In this document: piece after piece, positions 22,873 to 36,372 of the stretch | How positions within the stretch are numbered: position 1 is the stretch's first letter | How the letters are laid out: the number at the start of each line of letters is the position of its first letter | Assembly: GCA_964016885.1 (NCBI GenBank) | Contig: OZ024750.1 | Location: forward strand, 11,718,001-11,782,000 | DNA: 64,000 nucleotides | From: Eledone cirrhosa | Lineage: Eukaryota | Direction of reading: 5' to 3' | Notes under the pieces: model-generated | The model's database searches: none | What the model was told of the DNA's origin: nothing | What the model saw: only the letters and a program-made list of their open reading frames with translations | Made by a program: the position numbers and the translations under genes

Positions 22873-25800
22873 ATTAAACACAATATTCATAATTAAAAAT
22901 GTAACGAGGGGTTACCCAACCTGCTAGAAATTGCTATTAAATATCTCTTAAATTATATTATAGCCTTTTAAAAAAAGAACAGATTGTCTGAATAAAAGTT
23001 AGTATAGTTATAGTTGGAATAGCTTTGATGGATCAGAGCTGATCTGGAGATTAACAACTAGCAAACTATACAGTAGCTATCAATTCTAGTTTTGTAATAC
23101 CATTGACCTTTACATCAAAGAACAGTCAGTACTTCCAGGAATATTTTCTAGTGCTGTGAATATGCATAGCCGATTGCATGCAGGATGCAAAGGAACTTAT
23201 TAAAACTATCATTGAGTCTGTGTGTTTGATCAACTTGTTAGAAAAAGTGCCCAACTCTCCCTTGAGTCATATCCTAACATATTAAACAACAAAGAAAGTA
23301 AGAATACCTTGGAGAATATAGTTTTAGATACACTGTGGTGATGGCAGGAACTTCCTTGATCATAAGTCTGTTTTATTAGAGCTGGTCTTGAGCTGAGTAG
23401 CAATAACAACAAGTAGTAACATTGCTTCAGTAGCTTAGATTTCTAGAGTATTGATAGTATTTTTTGAATTGGCAGAAGTGCTAGAGCATTAGATGAAATG
23501 TCTTGTGGTACTTATTCCATCTTCTTGCATTCAGTATTAAATCCTGCCACGGTCAGCTTTACCTTTCATCCCTCTGGGGTCAATAAATAAAGTAATTGTC
23601 TAGGATGGTGGACTGGCAGAATTATTAGAGCATCAGACAGAATATCTTGTAATATTGGTTTTGGCTCTGTGTGTTTTGAGTTCCAATCCAGTTGTGGCCT
23701 ATATGGGTGATAGACTTAATCCAGCTTCTGGTTTAACACCACCACTTGACCTTTGGGTACCTTTAGTAGAGTCCTCTCTGTTGTAAGCATATAGGCAAAG
23801 TCTCTAGTTTGAGGATACCTTCTCGATTCTCTCCCACCAATTGCAGAGGCCATGAAAGAGGTCACGGGCACTGCCCTTCCTCTTCACTAAGTGATTAAAT
23901 AAATATAAGCTAGATATAAATAGTTACATGACATAAACATAAGTGGGAAGAAATCAATAGTTTTTAGAAATAATACTCTTAGATTCTAAATGTACAACAG
24001 CTTTAAAATAAAAAAAAGTATTAAAAGTGTAATGTATAAAAAAATTAAATATTTATTATATAAAATTGAATTTGAAAATAGATTTTCAAAGCTCCCTGAA
24101 GTAATGTCATAGTTTTCTAAAAAATGTGCCAAAGAACTTTCTGTTGAGACGGGGAATCAAGAATTCCTCGAGGATTTTATAAATGGACTCATGGGTGCTG
24201 TAATTTTTATCAAGAGCAAATATGTCTTAAAGATGAGAAGGAAATTTATTAGAAACATTTTATATAAATAGTATATTTATTTTCTAATTTAATTAAAACA
24301 AAGAATTTCAATGTTTAGGTTAGAAAATAGGACTGAAATGTTTTATGCATAGTTCTGAAATGTTTTATGCATAGTTCTAACGAGTTTTATTCTTTTACTT
24401 TATTTTTTATTTGCAATTTAGAAATTCTAAATGCATAGCTATTTATCCTTATATTTGCTAAACACAAAACATGTGGGCGTATTTACATTTAGTTTTGTCA
24501 AAGTAATAAGATGTATGGCTTTTTAAATAATTTAACATTTTAAGCATTTATCAAATTTGTTGTTGAACACAGACAGGCAGTTAAAAAGAAAGGTTGACAG
24601 ACAGAAAGGTAGGCAGATAGAAAGGTAGACTAACAAAGACAGACGGACAGTAAGAAAGAAAGACTGACAGTCGGGCAGACAGCAAGAAAGACAGGCTGAC
24701 AGACTGACAGACAGACAGACAGCAAGAAAGACAGGCTGACAGACTGACAGACAGACAGAAAGATAGACTGACAAAGACAGACAGTAAGAAAGATAGATAA
24801 ACTCACAAAACAAAGTTCCTCACCAACTCTCATTTTCTACTACCTGTGCAACAGGTAAATACAGGCAGTTATTAAATACGAAAACTCAACAAAAGGACTG
24901 ATAATATTCCTCCCATTGATCTCAAAAACCACACTCATGCCTGACATGAGAACTTCCTATCTGACCAGGCTTTACTGCCTGTCAGACCGAAGATGGCCAA
25001 CTGTCAAAGTATTGGCAGCTCTCTGATAGGTTTGTGGTTGAGCCTGTGGAAAAGACCCATCCAACTCATGCAAGTATGGAAAAACATGTAAAAAAAATGG
25101 CGATTATGATGATGATGGTATCAAAAGATTTAACTTGACTCTTTCAACCCTAGTTTAGAAGAATCTGTATAAGGCATGCAAACTGTATCCCCTCCCCCAT
25201 TCTCTTCTGACTAATAAAATACACACAATGATTAAGACAGAAAACAACTACTACTTTTACTGGTTCTCCATGGAATTACAATATTGTTTTAGTATTGGTT
25301 TGTTTTTATAGTCTTACTATTTCCTTTCTTTTCAGAAAGATTATTTGATTTTATAAATATAATTAATACAAGTTGTTTGAATTTTGTTATTAATTTCAGT
25401 GTAATTTGAGTTAGTCATTCTTTTTAATATACATAGGGACACATGTTTAACATTACTGGTTGTGTGGTTGTGTCTTTAACATTACTGGTTGTGTGCTTGT
25501 GTCTTAGAAATTGAACCAGAAACTAGTCTAGTCTTGCTCTTTATTTATATGAATAGTATTTCTCTAATTTCCCCACCAAATAAGAAAAAGTTGTTCTTGT
25601 CGAATTTGTCCTCGATGTATTTTAATTTGTGTTTAAATGTTGAATTACTGTTATTTTTGTCTATTTGTAACATTTATTTTTAAAAAACTGTAAAAACTTA
25701 TTTAAAGTAAAGAAAATTAAATTAGTCCCAACTTTTGTTTGCTAGATTTAGATTTCAATATTCTTTTTTCTTTGTTGAACACATTATTATTGTAAGTAAA

Positions 25801-26078
25801 ACAATTTGCAGCTTATAGAAAAAAGAGATTAATATATATATATAGAAAGTAAAAAGAAAATTCTATTAGCTGCAGAATTTGAGCAATTGATATCGAAGTT
25901 AACCCAAAGGAATTAACTTTTTTTATATTCTTGCATATTTACTTCTAGTTAAGACAGTATAAATATTGTATTACATAACCCAGCATGAACTACAGTAGAT
26001 GGAAGATGGCTGAATACTTAAGGAATTTACTTTGGAGTCATCAGGTCTTGGTTTCAGTCCCTCAGCATAACATCTTAA

Positions 26079-26297
26079 CCATTTAGCATTTACATTACTC
26101 TATATTTACTATTGTCTTTTCACGGTAAACACTTTTTCAGATAATTATCTCACATAATGTTGAATCTGCAAGATTTTAATATTATTTATTTTTAAAACAA
26201 TACCTTAACATAAGCATGAGCAACCAGTTATGGTCAGTTTGAACAGTAAGAGGTGAGAGAATTCTGGCTGGATATAGCTGGTATAAATGCTAAAGGG
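26079..26297. mobile_element. piggyBac-like MITE
   Basis: TTAA|CCATTTAGCATTT...AAATGCTAAAGGG|TTAA. Confidence 0.8.
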
Positions 26298-28720
26298 TTA
26301 AGGAATTTACTTTCAGTCATCAGGTCTTGGCTTCAATCCCACAACATAGCATGTTAGCAGAGCTTTGGGTTGACAACATCTTTGTGCATGAATTTGGATA
26401 GGCAGAGACTATTTGGAAGCCTGTCAGGCTGCTGTACCAATAACTCACCACACCAACCTTATCACACACTATATTACTCACAATTTCCTCTATGGGTTCA
26501 CATGTCTGTGGAATACTCAGCCACATATTAATTTGCATCAATTATCCTGTATGATTAGGTATGAAAGAGATGCCTATGATTTTCAGATCATTTGGAGGGA
26601 TTTAACTTAACTTTCTCTTTATTAAGTTGGTATTAGGAACATGACATAACACAGGTTCTTACATAACTTTATGATTGACAGTTTTTAGATAAATATAAAC
26701 ACTTTAAAACAAACATGTTTATATCACAAAACTATGCCTGGTTTCAGGCAGCTTGATATCAAAAGGAATATGAATGTTTTGTGTCTATAATTCAATATCT
26801 CATTGCTTACTTTATCTAAATTCATGCCATTGGCTCACTTAAGTTATTTCCTGTTGCTCCCCTTTTGTAAATAGAGCTAGCAGTTATAACACAATGGTTG
26901 TGTTAATGAACCTGTACTGTACATATTTGAATATATATGCCCCTCCTATTTTTTGTCTGAGAAATAAGTAAAAAATCAAACCCTGTTTATAAGCCAAATG
27001 CAGCTAATCAACATGTTTAGATGGTACAGTTTTGAAATTGAGTGGAGAATATATTTATGAACTTTTAATATTTTGATATTTGAAATGTTTATAGTATAGA
27101 TTTTGTTTCACAATTCCGTTACACAATGATTTACAGCCAATTTTAGACCATTTTGAAGGTCATGTTCATATCAAAAACAATAGGTAATATGATTTTCACA
27201 TTGAAAATGAAACCAGTGTAATATTAACCTCCAAAGCAAAGCTGGTGTAATATTCACTTCCAAAACGAAAACATTTCAGCACTTCATTTATATAGAAAAT
27301 TGAATTCAGTGAAAAATCAGCAAAAATATTGACCTTGAATATAAGTTGAGGCCCCCCTCCCCCATTTTATCATCAATATTTTTTGTCATATATTCCTTGG
27401 CTTATATATGAATATATACAGTAATTACTACAGTACCTTAACATTAAAAATAAAACAACGGTAAAATAGGTTTTATATTTTGTTATATATGTCATTTGGA
27501 AGCTTAGCTAATTGATTGTTATTGAGATTTAACAAGTTCACTCTTTGAGAGTTATTAAGCTTTGCTTTTTAGCATTGCATGACAGAATTTTTAATTATAG
27601 TATTCAGTCACCTACTTTGGATTATTTCATATTTAACAAAGTTGTCCGAGAAAAGACCAACAGATCATGTACAAATGTTATCTCTTATTTAACAATATGG
27701 AATCAGCTCTATGGATTGACCTTTTATAGTTTCTTGCTGCTAATTGAAGCATTTGTAATTATTTATTTATTGGATTTGTGATTAGCTAATGCATAAATGA
27801 TTAGACTAACCAAGAGGATTATAATGAGATAACTCTGTATGAACTTGGCCGGCAATTGAAGATGATATCATTGTAGTATTGTCGTAAAGTTAGGGCTCTA
27901 ACTAATTAGGGTTTAAACTCATTGACTGGCAGGAGACCCGGGGTTAGGTCCCAAGCAAGATGGTTGGATAACATCCATGAACTTAGCTCATCATTGAAGA
28001 TGATATTGTAATATTGTCATAAAGTTAAGGCATCACTCCTTCATAGTCAGCCTATGAACTTTTCAGCCCACCCTCGTATGTAGAGGGGATAGAACCAGAA
28101 ACTATGTTAATTCTGTAGTGAACTCCTTAACCACACAGTCATGCCTGCACTTTGTATAAATATAATATATAAAAATATTTTTTCAAAGGAGAATCAAAAA
28201 TGTTGACTATTTTATTTTACATAGTTTGTAGGTGGAAGGAAGAAGTAAGAAAACAATTGTTTTGATTTATTTACTAATTGTTCAGAATTTTAAGCTGTAT
28301 CACCACTCCCAAACATACTTTCTAAACCTCTGCAACAACAAACAGGAGAGCTACTTCCAGTCCTCAACCATTTAATTGTAAATGTAATTATTTAAAATAA
28401 ACATAAATGAGAATCAATGCTGCCATTCCTATGTTCCTATCATTTAGTCTAGTGATACTACACTACACATTTTATACACTGAAACAAAATCTCAGTTTTA
28501 GTGGAATTGCTGGAGATTGTTTTAGATTTTGATTTAATAGACACAAGTCATATGTTATGTAACCCTTGACCAAAAGAAGTCAGGTTTGGGTTAGTCATTT
28601 TTATGGTGAAGAAATTAATATTTTTTAGTAGTGTGGCCACCTTATGAAGAGCTACATCTTATGTGGCACACTGCTCAAAAAAAGTTGCCCATGCCTGTTT
28701 TAGACAGTAAGATGTTGTTA

Positions 28721-28955
28721 GAGGTCCCTTAGCTCAATGGTGCACTCAGTTGCTATCTGATAGATACAAAGTTCGATTCTTCAAGGAAGACATGGTTGGA
28801 GTGCATGAAGAGTGATTTGTATAAATGGAACTTGGCCAATGTCAATAGTATGGACAGAAATTCACGGAGAGCGGCTGTGAGACATTGCCTGGTGTTGCCT
28901 ACCTCGGAGTCCGGGACAACTGCAGCACCTTAAAGACCAAAACTGGATATGGTTG
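28721..28955 (+). mobile_element. Short SINE-like element: tRNA-like head fused to an RTE 3' end
   Basis: TAGCTCAATGG A-box and GTTCGATTC B-box, followed by KTWLECMKSDLYKWNLANVNSMDRNSRRAAV (RTE C-terminal pattern). Confidence 0.6.
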
Positions 28956-29944
28956 GGTGGATGAACCATCATGTGCAAAGCTCAAACTTTCAAACTTATG
29001 AAGCGTTGAGGAAATAAACTTATAGAAGATATAGGATGTTCAAGTGCAGAAAATAACTTCAATTTCAGTTATTTGCTATGAAGTAGCTTATAAAAATAAG
29101 GTAAAGTCTCTTGGAGTCAGAAAAAAGATGTCAGCAGCCACTACGAGGAATCGAACTTTGCATCTATCAGTAGCAACTGAGTGCACTCACCATTGAGCTA
29201 AGAGACCTCTAACATCTTACTATCTAAAGCAGGCATGGGCAACTTTTTTGAGCAGTGTGCCACATAGGATGCAGCCTATGGCTCATAAGGTGAGCCATTC
29301 AGAAAACCAAATGGGTCCCATGCAGCTCATGGGCCACAGTTTGCTTAATCAAACGGCTTTTGAAAATGTAAACAAATGTCATGTGTGAAGCTCGAACTTA
29401 CAAAGCACCAAGGAAATATATTTATAGAAAATGTTGGGTCCTCAACCACAGAAAATAACTGCAATTACAGTCAGTTGATATAATATAGTTTATAAAAATT
29501 ATCGCAATTGTAATTATCTGACATATTTCTCTGGTGTTTATTTTTGGGTCTTTGCTCTTTGAAATAAGTATTTTGTTTTTAACTAGGCTCAAAGACTGTT
29601 TGTATTCTAGGGGTGAGGGACTGAAACGTTTTGACATCCGTGCCTTCTTAAAGGGCATTGAAGGGGAAACTTATGTCAATTAGCTTCAAACAAGAATTAC
29701 AACATTATTAGTATATTTGGCTTGTTTGGAGCACACCTCTTACACTATATCGTTCCTCTACTCGCCCAAATCTTTCTTTTTCATTAAATACAAACATATT
29801 TTTGAGAAATGTTCTTTTGTGACATTTATGCCCTTCACGTATAAACTGAATTTAATCAGAGTTGTGAGATTATCTCTTTGGCTTATCAAACTTCTAAATA
29901 AATGTTGGATGCTTTGTAGTCTGTTCCTTGGTTTAGTATAAAAA

Positions 29945-30372
29945 TGAGGCGTTAGTGTAGTTAACATGTAGTAATATACTCAGTAAGTATGATATAACTA
30001 ATAATGGAGCTATTACTGTAGTTGACATGTAGTGCTATGTTCAGTATGATATAATCAACAATGAGGTATTAGTGTAGTTAACATGTAGTCTTATGTTCAA
30101 TAAGTATGATACAACCATTAATGAACTATTAATGTAGTTAACATGTAGTAACATACCCAGTAAGTATAACTAATAATGGAACTATTAATATAGTTAATAT
30201 GTAGTGCTGTGTTCAGTAAGTATGATGCAACCATTAATGAACTATTAATGTAGTTTATTCTAATAATGGAATTATTAATGAAGTTAACATGTAATATATC
30301 CAGTAAGTATAATGGAACCATTCATGTAGTTAACATGTAGTAATATACCCAGTAAGTATGATATAACCAAAT
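29945..30372. repeat. Degenerate minisatellite (TGTAGTTAACATGTAG...CAGTAAGTATGAT, ~55-60-bp unit)
   Basis: Direct tandem repetition. Confidence 0.85.
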
Positions 30373-31584
30373 AATGTTCTCTGAAAGGAATATTTCTCTT
30401 TTTCATCCATTTATTTTCCAATACTTAGTTTTAAAGTTTCTCCATATCCCCCCTCTCCCAACGCTATCTCCCTCCCCCCTCCCCCAACACTACCCCCTCC
30501 CCCTCTCCCAACGCTATCCTCTCACAACGCTATCCCCCTCCCCCTCTCACAACGCTATCCCCCCCTCTCTCTCTCCCTCTCTCTCAATGATTATCTATAA
30601 TTTATTGAATATTTCACTGACATATATCTGAAGTTATAACTGTGATATAGCGTAAGAGACAATATAACATTATTTTCTTCTCTTGTCTCTTGGTCACACC
30701 TGTTGTCCATTTGGTCATCTAGTTAGAAGTACACCTGTCATTACCTGGGATATAAAACACTCAGTTGGTGACTGATATTTTCTCAGTAATTCTGTATAAA
30801 TTTATTGTCAAACACAATGTTAATAGCATTTATAACAAAGATACACATTTTTTTATACTTTAAATTTTATTTGCATTTTAATAACCGACTTTGATATAAC
30901 ACAAAAGCATTCCATCTGTGACATGTATGTCAAGATATTTATTATATATATTGAAGTTGAGCGAAATAAAGGGTTGAGAGTATTTGTCTGACATGTCAAG
31001 GACATGACATCTTCCCTAGAGCTGGTGTCCCAATAAAATACACCCAGTACACTCTGTAAAGTGGTTGACATTGGCAAAAGTATCCAACCGTAGAAACCAT
31101 GCTAAAATTGCAATGTATGTTAGCAAGATGTTGTAACTGGCTCATCAAATCCTGACTTGATCTTTAATAACCCATCCAACCCATGAGAATGATCATGAGT
31201 TTGGAAAGTCCTTTCTTCAGACCCAGTTCCTTGACTGTATTTCATATTTTCATTGTTGTAGCAATGGATGCTGTCAACTGTGAAGATAGGGTGGTCAGTC
31301 AAGCAAGCAGAGTTTGTGTGTTTATGTAAAGGACATAAAACAGTATGTGTCTTTATGACTATCTAGTCAGTAGTACAGTACTTTAATCATATTTAATATG
31401 ATAGAAAAGTCAGTTATTGTTATGGGCGTCATATAGATGCTTGACTAATAGACATTACTCCTGGGATGAATAACTTCAATTTTTTGACAGTTACCAAACT
31501 TTTCTTTTTTATTAGGGCATGACAGTTAATTATAGTATTTGGTCACCTACTTGGTTTGGTTTTATTTAATGGTGAGAAAGGCAG

Positions 31585-31884
31585 AGCTTGGACAATTTGT
31601 GGGAGAAGCTGGGTTTAAGATGAGATAGTGTGCAAGAGAGAAGACTGCATTGGTTTGGACATGTGATGTGCATGGACAATGACCGATGGGTGAAAAAGTG
31701 GAAGGAAGTTAGAGTTAGACTGAGAAAGACCTGGGCAGAGGTTTTGAGAGCTGACCTCAAATCGCTGAGATTTACAGAGGCAATGACAAAGGATTGTGAT
31801 GTATGGAGAAATGCTGTGCTGAGAAGGTCATGTCCAACCCATGCAAGCATGGAAAAACAGTCGTAAAAACGATGATGATGATGA
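31585..31884 (+). mobile_element. RTE LINE 3' fragment with (GAT)n tail
   Basis: QERRLHWFGHVMCM...RKTWAEVLRADL..DCDVWRNAV; ends CCATGCAAGCATGGAAAA..GATGATGATGAT. Confidence 0.85.
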
Positions 31885-32223
31885 AGTAAGTGCAGATATG
31901 GCTGTGTGGTTCAGAGGTTCATTTTGCAACCATCAGACTTTAGTTCTCTTCAACAAAAATAAAAATATATACACACAAAATGAAAAGTTGAATAACAAAG
32001 CATGAACTTCTATTACTCATTTCATAGTGTGTTCCCCCTTGGCTGTGTTAGACAATATCAACACCATAGAGAAATATATGAAAAATCAAAATGTTTCCCA
32101 TGAAATCAAGCATAATTTATTTTTATGTATACAAATACTACAATTTTACTGCATGTTTGTTTGTTTGTTTGTTTATTTATTTAGTTTCACTGTGGTGAAG
32201 TTAGTTATTTGTTTGGTTACATA

Positions 32224-32418
32224 CGAGGGTCAGCTGAAAGTTCGTAGGTTGACTATAAAAGAGTGATGCTAGAGCTGTGAAATCTTGCATGCATAAATTT
32301 CAACTCTTCTTTATCAATAACTGCATTGTTTCTTTCCAGAGACTATGTTGCAAAATAAACCTCATTTGGTTCCATGAGAGTATCTTAGTCAGTCTATGTA
32401 CCTTTCAGCTGACCCTTG
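32224..32418. mobile_element. mariner-like MITE
   Basis: TA|CGAGGGTCAGCTGAAAG...CTTTCAGCTGACCCTTG|TA; half-copies near 28040-28080 and 37165-37205. Confidence 0.8.
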
Positions 32419-33389
32419 TATATATATTATAGATTTTCTAATTTATTTACTTATTAATGAAAATATAAAAATAAATTACATCCTCAAATGATATTTTTTT
32501 TCCTTTTACAACAACTAGAACAAAACCAAACAAAACCCTGTAATGTCTTTCATATGTATATTGTAGTCTGTTTTTACTAAAACATTGACCTTCAGAAATA
32601 AGAATAAAACCTCGTTCCATTATTTTAAACTACTTTCTCTCGTGTCAACTAGTTATCCAAAATGCCACAAAGAGGAAGTATTTTTCGGGGTTTTTTTTGT
32701 AGTCCTTGATTTGAACTTTAGACTTTGATTGTCATTTGGAATAAGGGGTTTTAGTGAATGGAATATATATGGGTGTGTATGTGTGTGTACATGGTGACAC
32801 ACACACATATATATTCCATTCATTAGCACAAATATGGTATTTTTAATGGTGTATTTGGCATTGACATTGGTTTCTGTATATGGTGATTGATTAGTGCTTG
32901 TTCTTGTAGAGAGTATCTGGTGCTGATGCCATGAAAAATCTACCCACTACATTGTAAGGTAGCTGGCGATAGGGAGGGCATCCTGCTGTAGAAGCATGCC
33001 AGAATGAGTTGAGAGGACTCCTCAGTTTTTTCAAGGGTATGACAATCCCTATAGTGCACCTAGTACATTCTGTAAAGATTTTAGTGAAAAGAAGGGGTTC
33101 CTATCATAGAAAACCTGCCAAATAAAGGATCAGACACTCTTTAGTTTTGTCATACAACCTCCTTAATTATGGTACCATGATGAAATGTACCTAGTGCACC
33201 AGATAAAGTGCAGGAACATATGTAAGAGAAATGGTGCCCCAGCCCATATGAGAAGTGAGAAATAACTATTTACAGGAAAAAATGTTGGGTTAGAACCAAG
33301 GAACTTGTGAGAAGAAAGTGAACTTGTAGCAACATGACTGATATAGGAGATATATTGTGTGTGTTTGTGCGTGTACATTTTAAAGCTAC

Positions 33390-33432
<43 letters not shown>

Positions 33433-33561
33433 GATGGATTCAGTTTGAAACTGATTAGACCATTACTCAACAGTACTCAATACTTGGAATAGTAGAGTAT
33501 GGTTATATTATAAAGAGTTGGGACCTCAATGGCTGAGCTCATGCAGTTTTAACAGCTAGTT

Positions 33562-33599
<38 letters not shown>

Positions 33600-33929
33600 A
33601 GTGGCATATTATCATGGTTGATTGTTTGTTCTTTTGTTTCAGTTTTATTTCCATGTTTGCCTGTTTATCAGTCTATCTGTCCTCCCACCCCTACATCTCT
33701 TTTCTGTCTATAAATAAATAGAAATCTAGTTCATACATGTCCCTCTGTGATTTACCTATTATTTCCCTCCCTGCTCTGATTATCCTCTATTTTAAGAGAC
33801 ATTAACTTGTGTGTCTATTGCTGCTCTCCCTACCCTCTTTATTCCTGCCACCCCTACCATATTTATATCTGATCCCTAGTTGAATGCTACCCTTTGGCTT
33901 TTCTATTCCACCATTGAAGAACAAAAACA

Positions 33930-34310
33930 CCATCATCATTACCGTTTTACGTCCATTTCTTCCACGCTAGCATGGGTTAAATGGGTTGTCCTGTTGTGGG
34001 CAATGCCAGGTCAGGTGACCTTGCTCATACAGGAACTGATTTTGGCTTGATTTCTACAGCTGGATGCCCTTCCTAATATCAACCTCATTTACAGTAAGTA
34101 CTAGGTGCTTTTTTACCATGGCGCCTACACGACCACTTTACAGTGTCGGCTGGGTGCTTTTTTTTATCATGACACCTACATGACTACTTTACAGTGTGGA
34201 CTAGGTGCTTTTTGTCATGACACCTACACAACCACTTTGCAGTGTGGACTGGGTGCTTTTTTGTTGTGACACCTCCATGACCACCTTACAGTGGGAGAGG
34301 GTGGGGGCAT
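33930..34310 (-). mobile_element. Retroelement 3' part with RTE-type tail and amplified ~50-bp sub-repeats
   Basis: CCACGCTAGCATGGG tail; about five copies of TTTACAGTG..CTGGGTGCTTTTT..GACACCTACACGACCAC. Confidence 0.7.
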
Positions 34311-34480
34311 ATTGTTTATATTGTCTAAAACAATAATTGTAATTTCCTTTTTGATCAAATAGTTACACTTTATATTTTTTCCTTTCATTTCAGTATGTAA
34401 CTTGAATTTTATAGAAGAGGAATGCTGAACAAGGACCCCAAATGCAGTAATGTAAGTGAAATCTTATTTCTACATAATTA

Positions 34481-34631
34481 CTGTATTTCCCGGCGTCGAA
34501 GACACTACTTTTTTTCCTAAAATAAGTCTCAAAAATCTACCATACATCCTGGAGGCCAAAGGTTGTTAATTTTTTTCAAATTTTTGGTTGTCAAAATTAG
34601 GACGAAGCATCTTCGGCGCCAGGAAATATGG
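34481..34631. mobile_element. Tc1/mariner/pogo-like MITE (copy of 15793-15959)
   Basis: TA|CTGTATTTCCCGGCGTCGAAGAC...TCTTCGGCGCCAGGAAATATGG|TA. Confidence 0.8.
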
Positions 34632-35198
34632 TACATAATTTCTGAAAATTTTATTTTACTGTAATACTATAAAATGTTGATCTTATTTCACATCACCTCA
34701 CAATTGGAGGTTTGCAACAAATAGAATCGATCATGTGGATTTTAAGGTACTTTTTGATGAAATTGTAGGGCAGCTTTTTAGAACATTATATCCACATTTT
34801 AAGTCATTAGCAGGATAGGAAGGGGTTTTCATTGGTACCCTACAGTGTTGCTAAAATCCTGCCAATGTGGTATTATTTCATTGTTGTACACAAAAAGTTC
34901 TGGTAAACCATTCTCTGGCATGCTGATTTTCAGTGTTTGTGTTAAAAACGATTTTGCTAAAGGTATCAATCAGCTAAGAGTGTAGCCCCTCCTCCTCCTC
35001 TTTTTTCTCCTCCCCCTTCCTCTCATTCGTCATCTTGTTGCTCTTCTCATCCTACCATGGTTGATAAACTAAAGCCCCCAGTCTAATAATGGTGAGGTTT
35101 CAATCAATTTCCTCCTCCCACTAAAACTGTTGACCTTATTTAATGCTTAAATATGCAACGATTATTGTTACAAAAGAACCTTATTGATTTAAACCTCG

Positions 35199-36372
35199 GG
35201 TTCATCTATAACTCATGACACCGTAGATATTATATTAATACTAATATTGTCTGTATTTAACCGTTTGGTTCATCTATAACTCATGACACCGTAGATATTA
35301 TATTAATACTAATATTGTCTGTATTTAACCGTTTGGTTCATCTATAACTCAGGACACCGTAGATATTATATTAATACTAATATTGTCTGTATTTAACCGT
35401 TTGGTTCATCTATAACTCATGACATCGTATTGGATATTATATTAATACTAATATTGTCTGTATTTAACCGTTTGGTTCATCTATAACTCATGACATCGCA
35501 GATATTATATTAATACTAATATTGTCTGTATTTAACCGTTTGGTTCATCTATAACTTATGACACCGTATTGGATATTATATTAATACTAATATTGTCTGT
35601 ATTTAACCGTTTGGTTCATCTATAACTCATGACATCGTATTGGATATTATATTAATACTAATATTGTCTGTATTTAACCGTTTGGTTCATCTATAACTTA
35701 TGACACCGTAGATATTATATTAATACTAATATTGTCTATATTTAACCGTTTGGTTCATCTATAACTCATGACATCGTATTAGATATTATATTAATACTAA
35801 TATTGTCTGTATTTAACCATTTGGTTCATCTATAACTCATGACATCGTATTGGATATTATATTAATACTAATATTGTCTGTATTTAACCATTTGGTTCAT
35901 CTATAACTCATGACATCGTATTAGATATTATATTAATACTAATATTGTCTGTATTTAACCATTTGGTTCATCTATAACTCATGACATCGTATTGGATATT
36001 ATATTAATACTAATATTGTCTGTATTTAACCGTTTGGTTCATCTATAACTTATGACACCGTAGATATTATATTAATACTAATATTGTCTGTATTTAACCG
36101 TTTGGTTCATCTATAACTCATGACATCGCAGATATTATATTAATACTAATATTGTCTATATTTAACCGTTTGGTTCATCTATAACTCATGACATCGTATT
36201 GGATATTATATTAATACTAATATTGTCTGTATTTAACCGTTTGGTTCATCTATAACTCATGACATCGTATTGGATATTATATTAATACTAATATTGTCTG
36301 TATTTAACCGTTTGGTTCATCTTTAACTCATGACATCGTATTAGATACTATATTAATACTAATATTTTCTGT
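35199..36372. repeat. Minisatellite, 68/71-bp unit, ~17 copies
   Basis: Tandem GGTTCATCTATAACTCATGACACCGTAGATATTATATTAATACTAATATTGTCTGTATTTAACCGTTT. Confidence 0.95.

Noticed and set aside
24115-24270. Short protein-like open frame (KCAKELSVETGNQEFLEDFINGLMGAV…)
   Set aside because: No recognisable family, and no convincing splice sites or start codon.
28721-28785. tRNA gene
   Set aside because: A and B boxes are present, but there is no convincing acceptor or anticodon stem; it is better explained as a SINE head.
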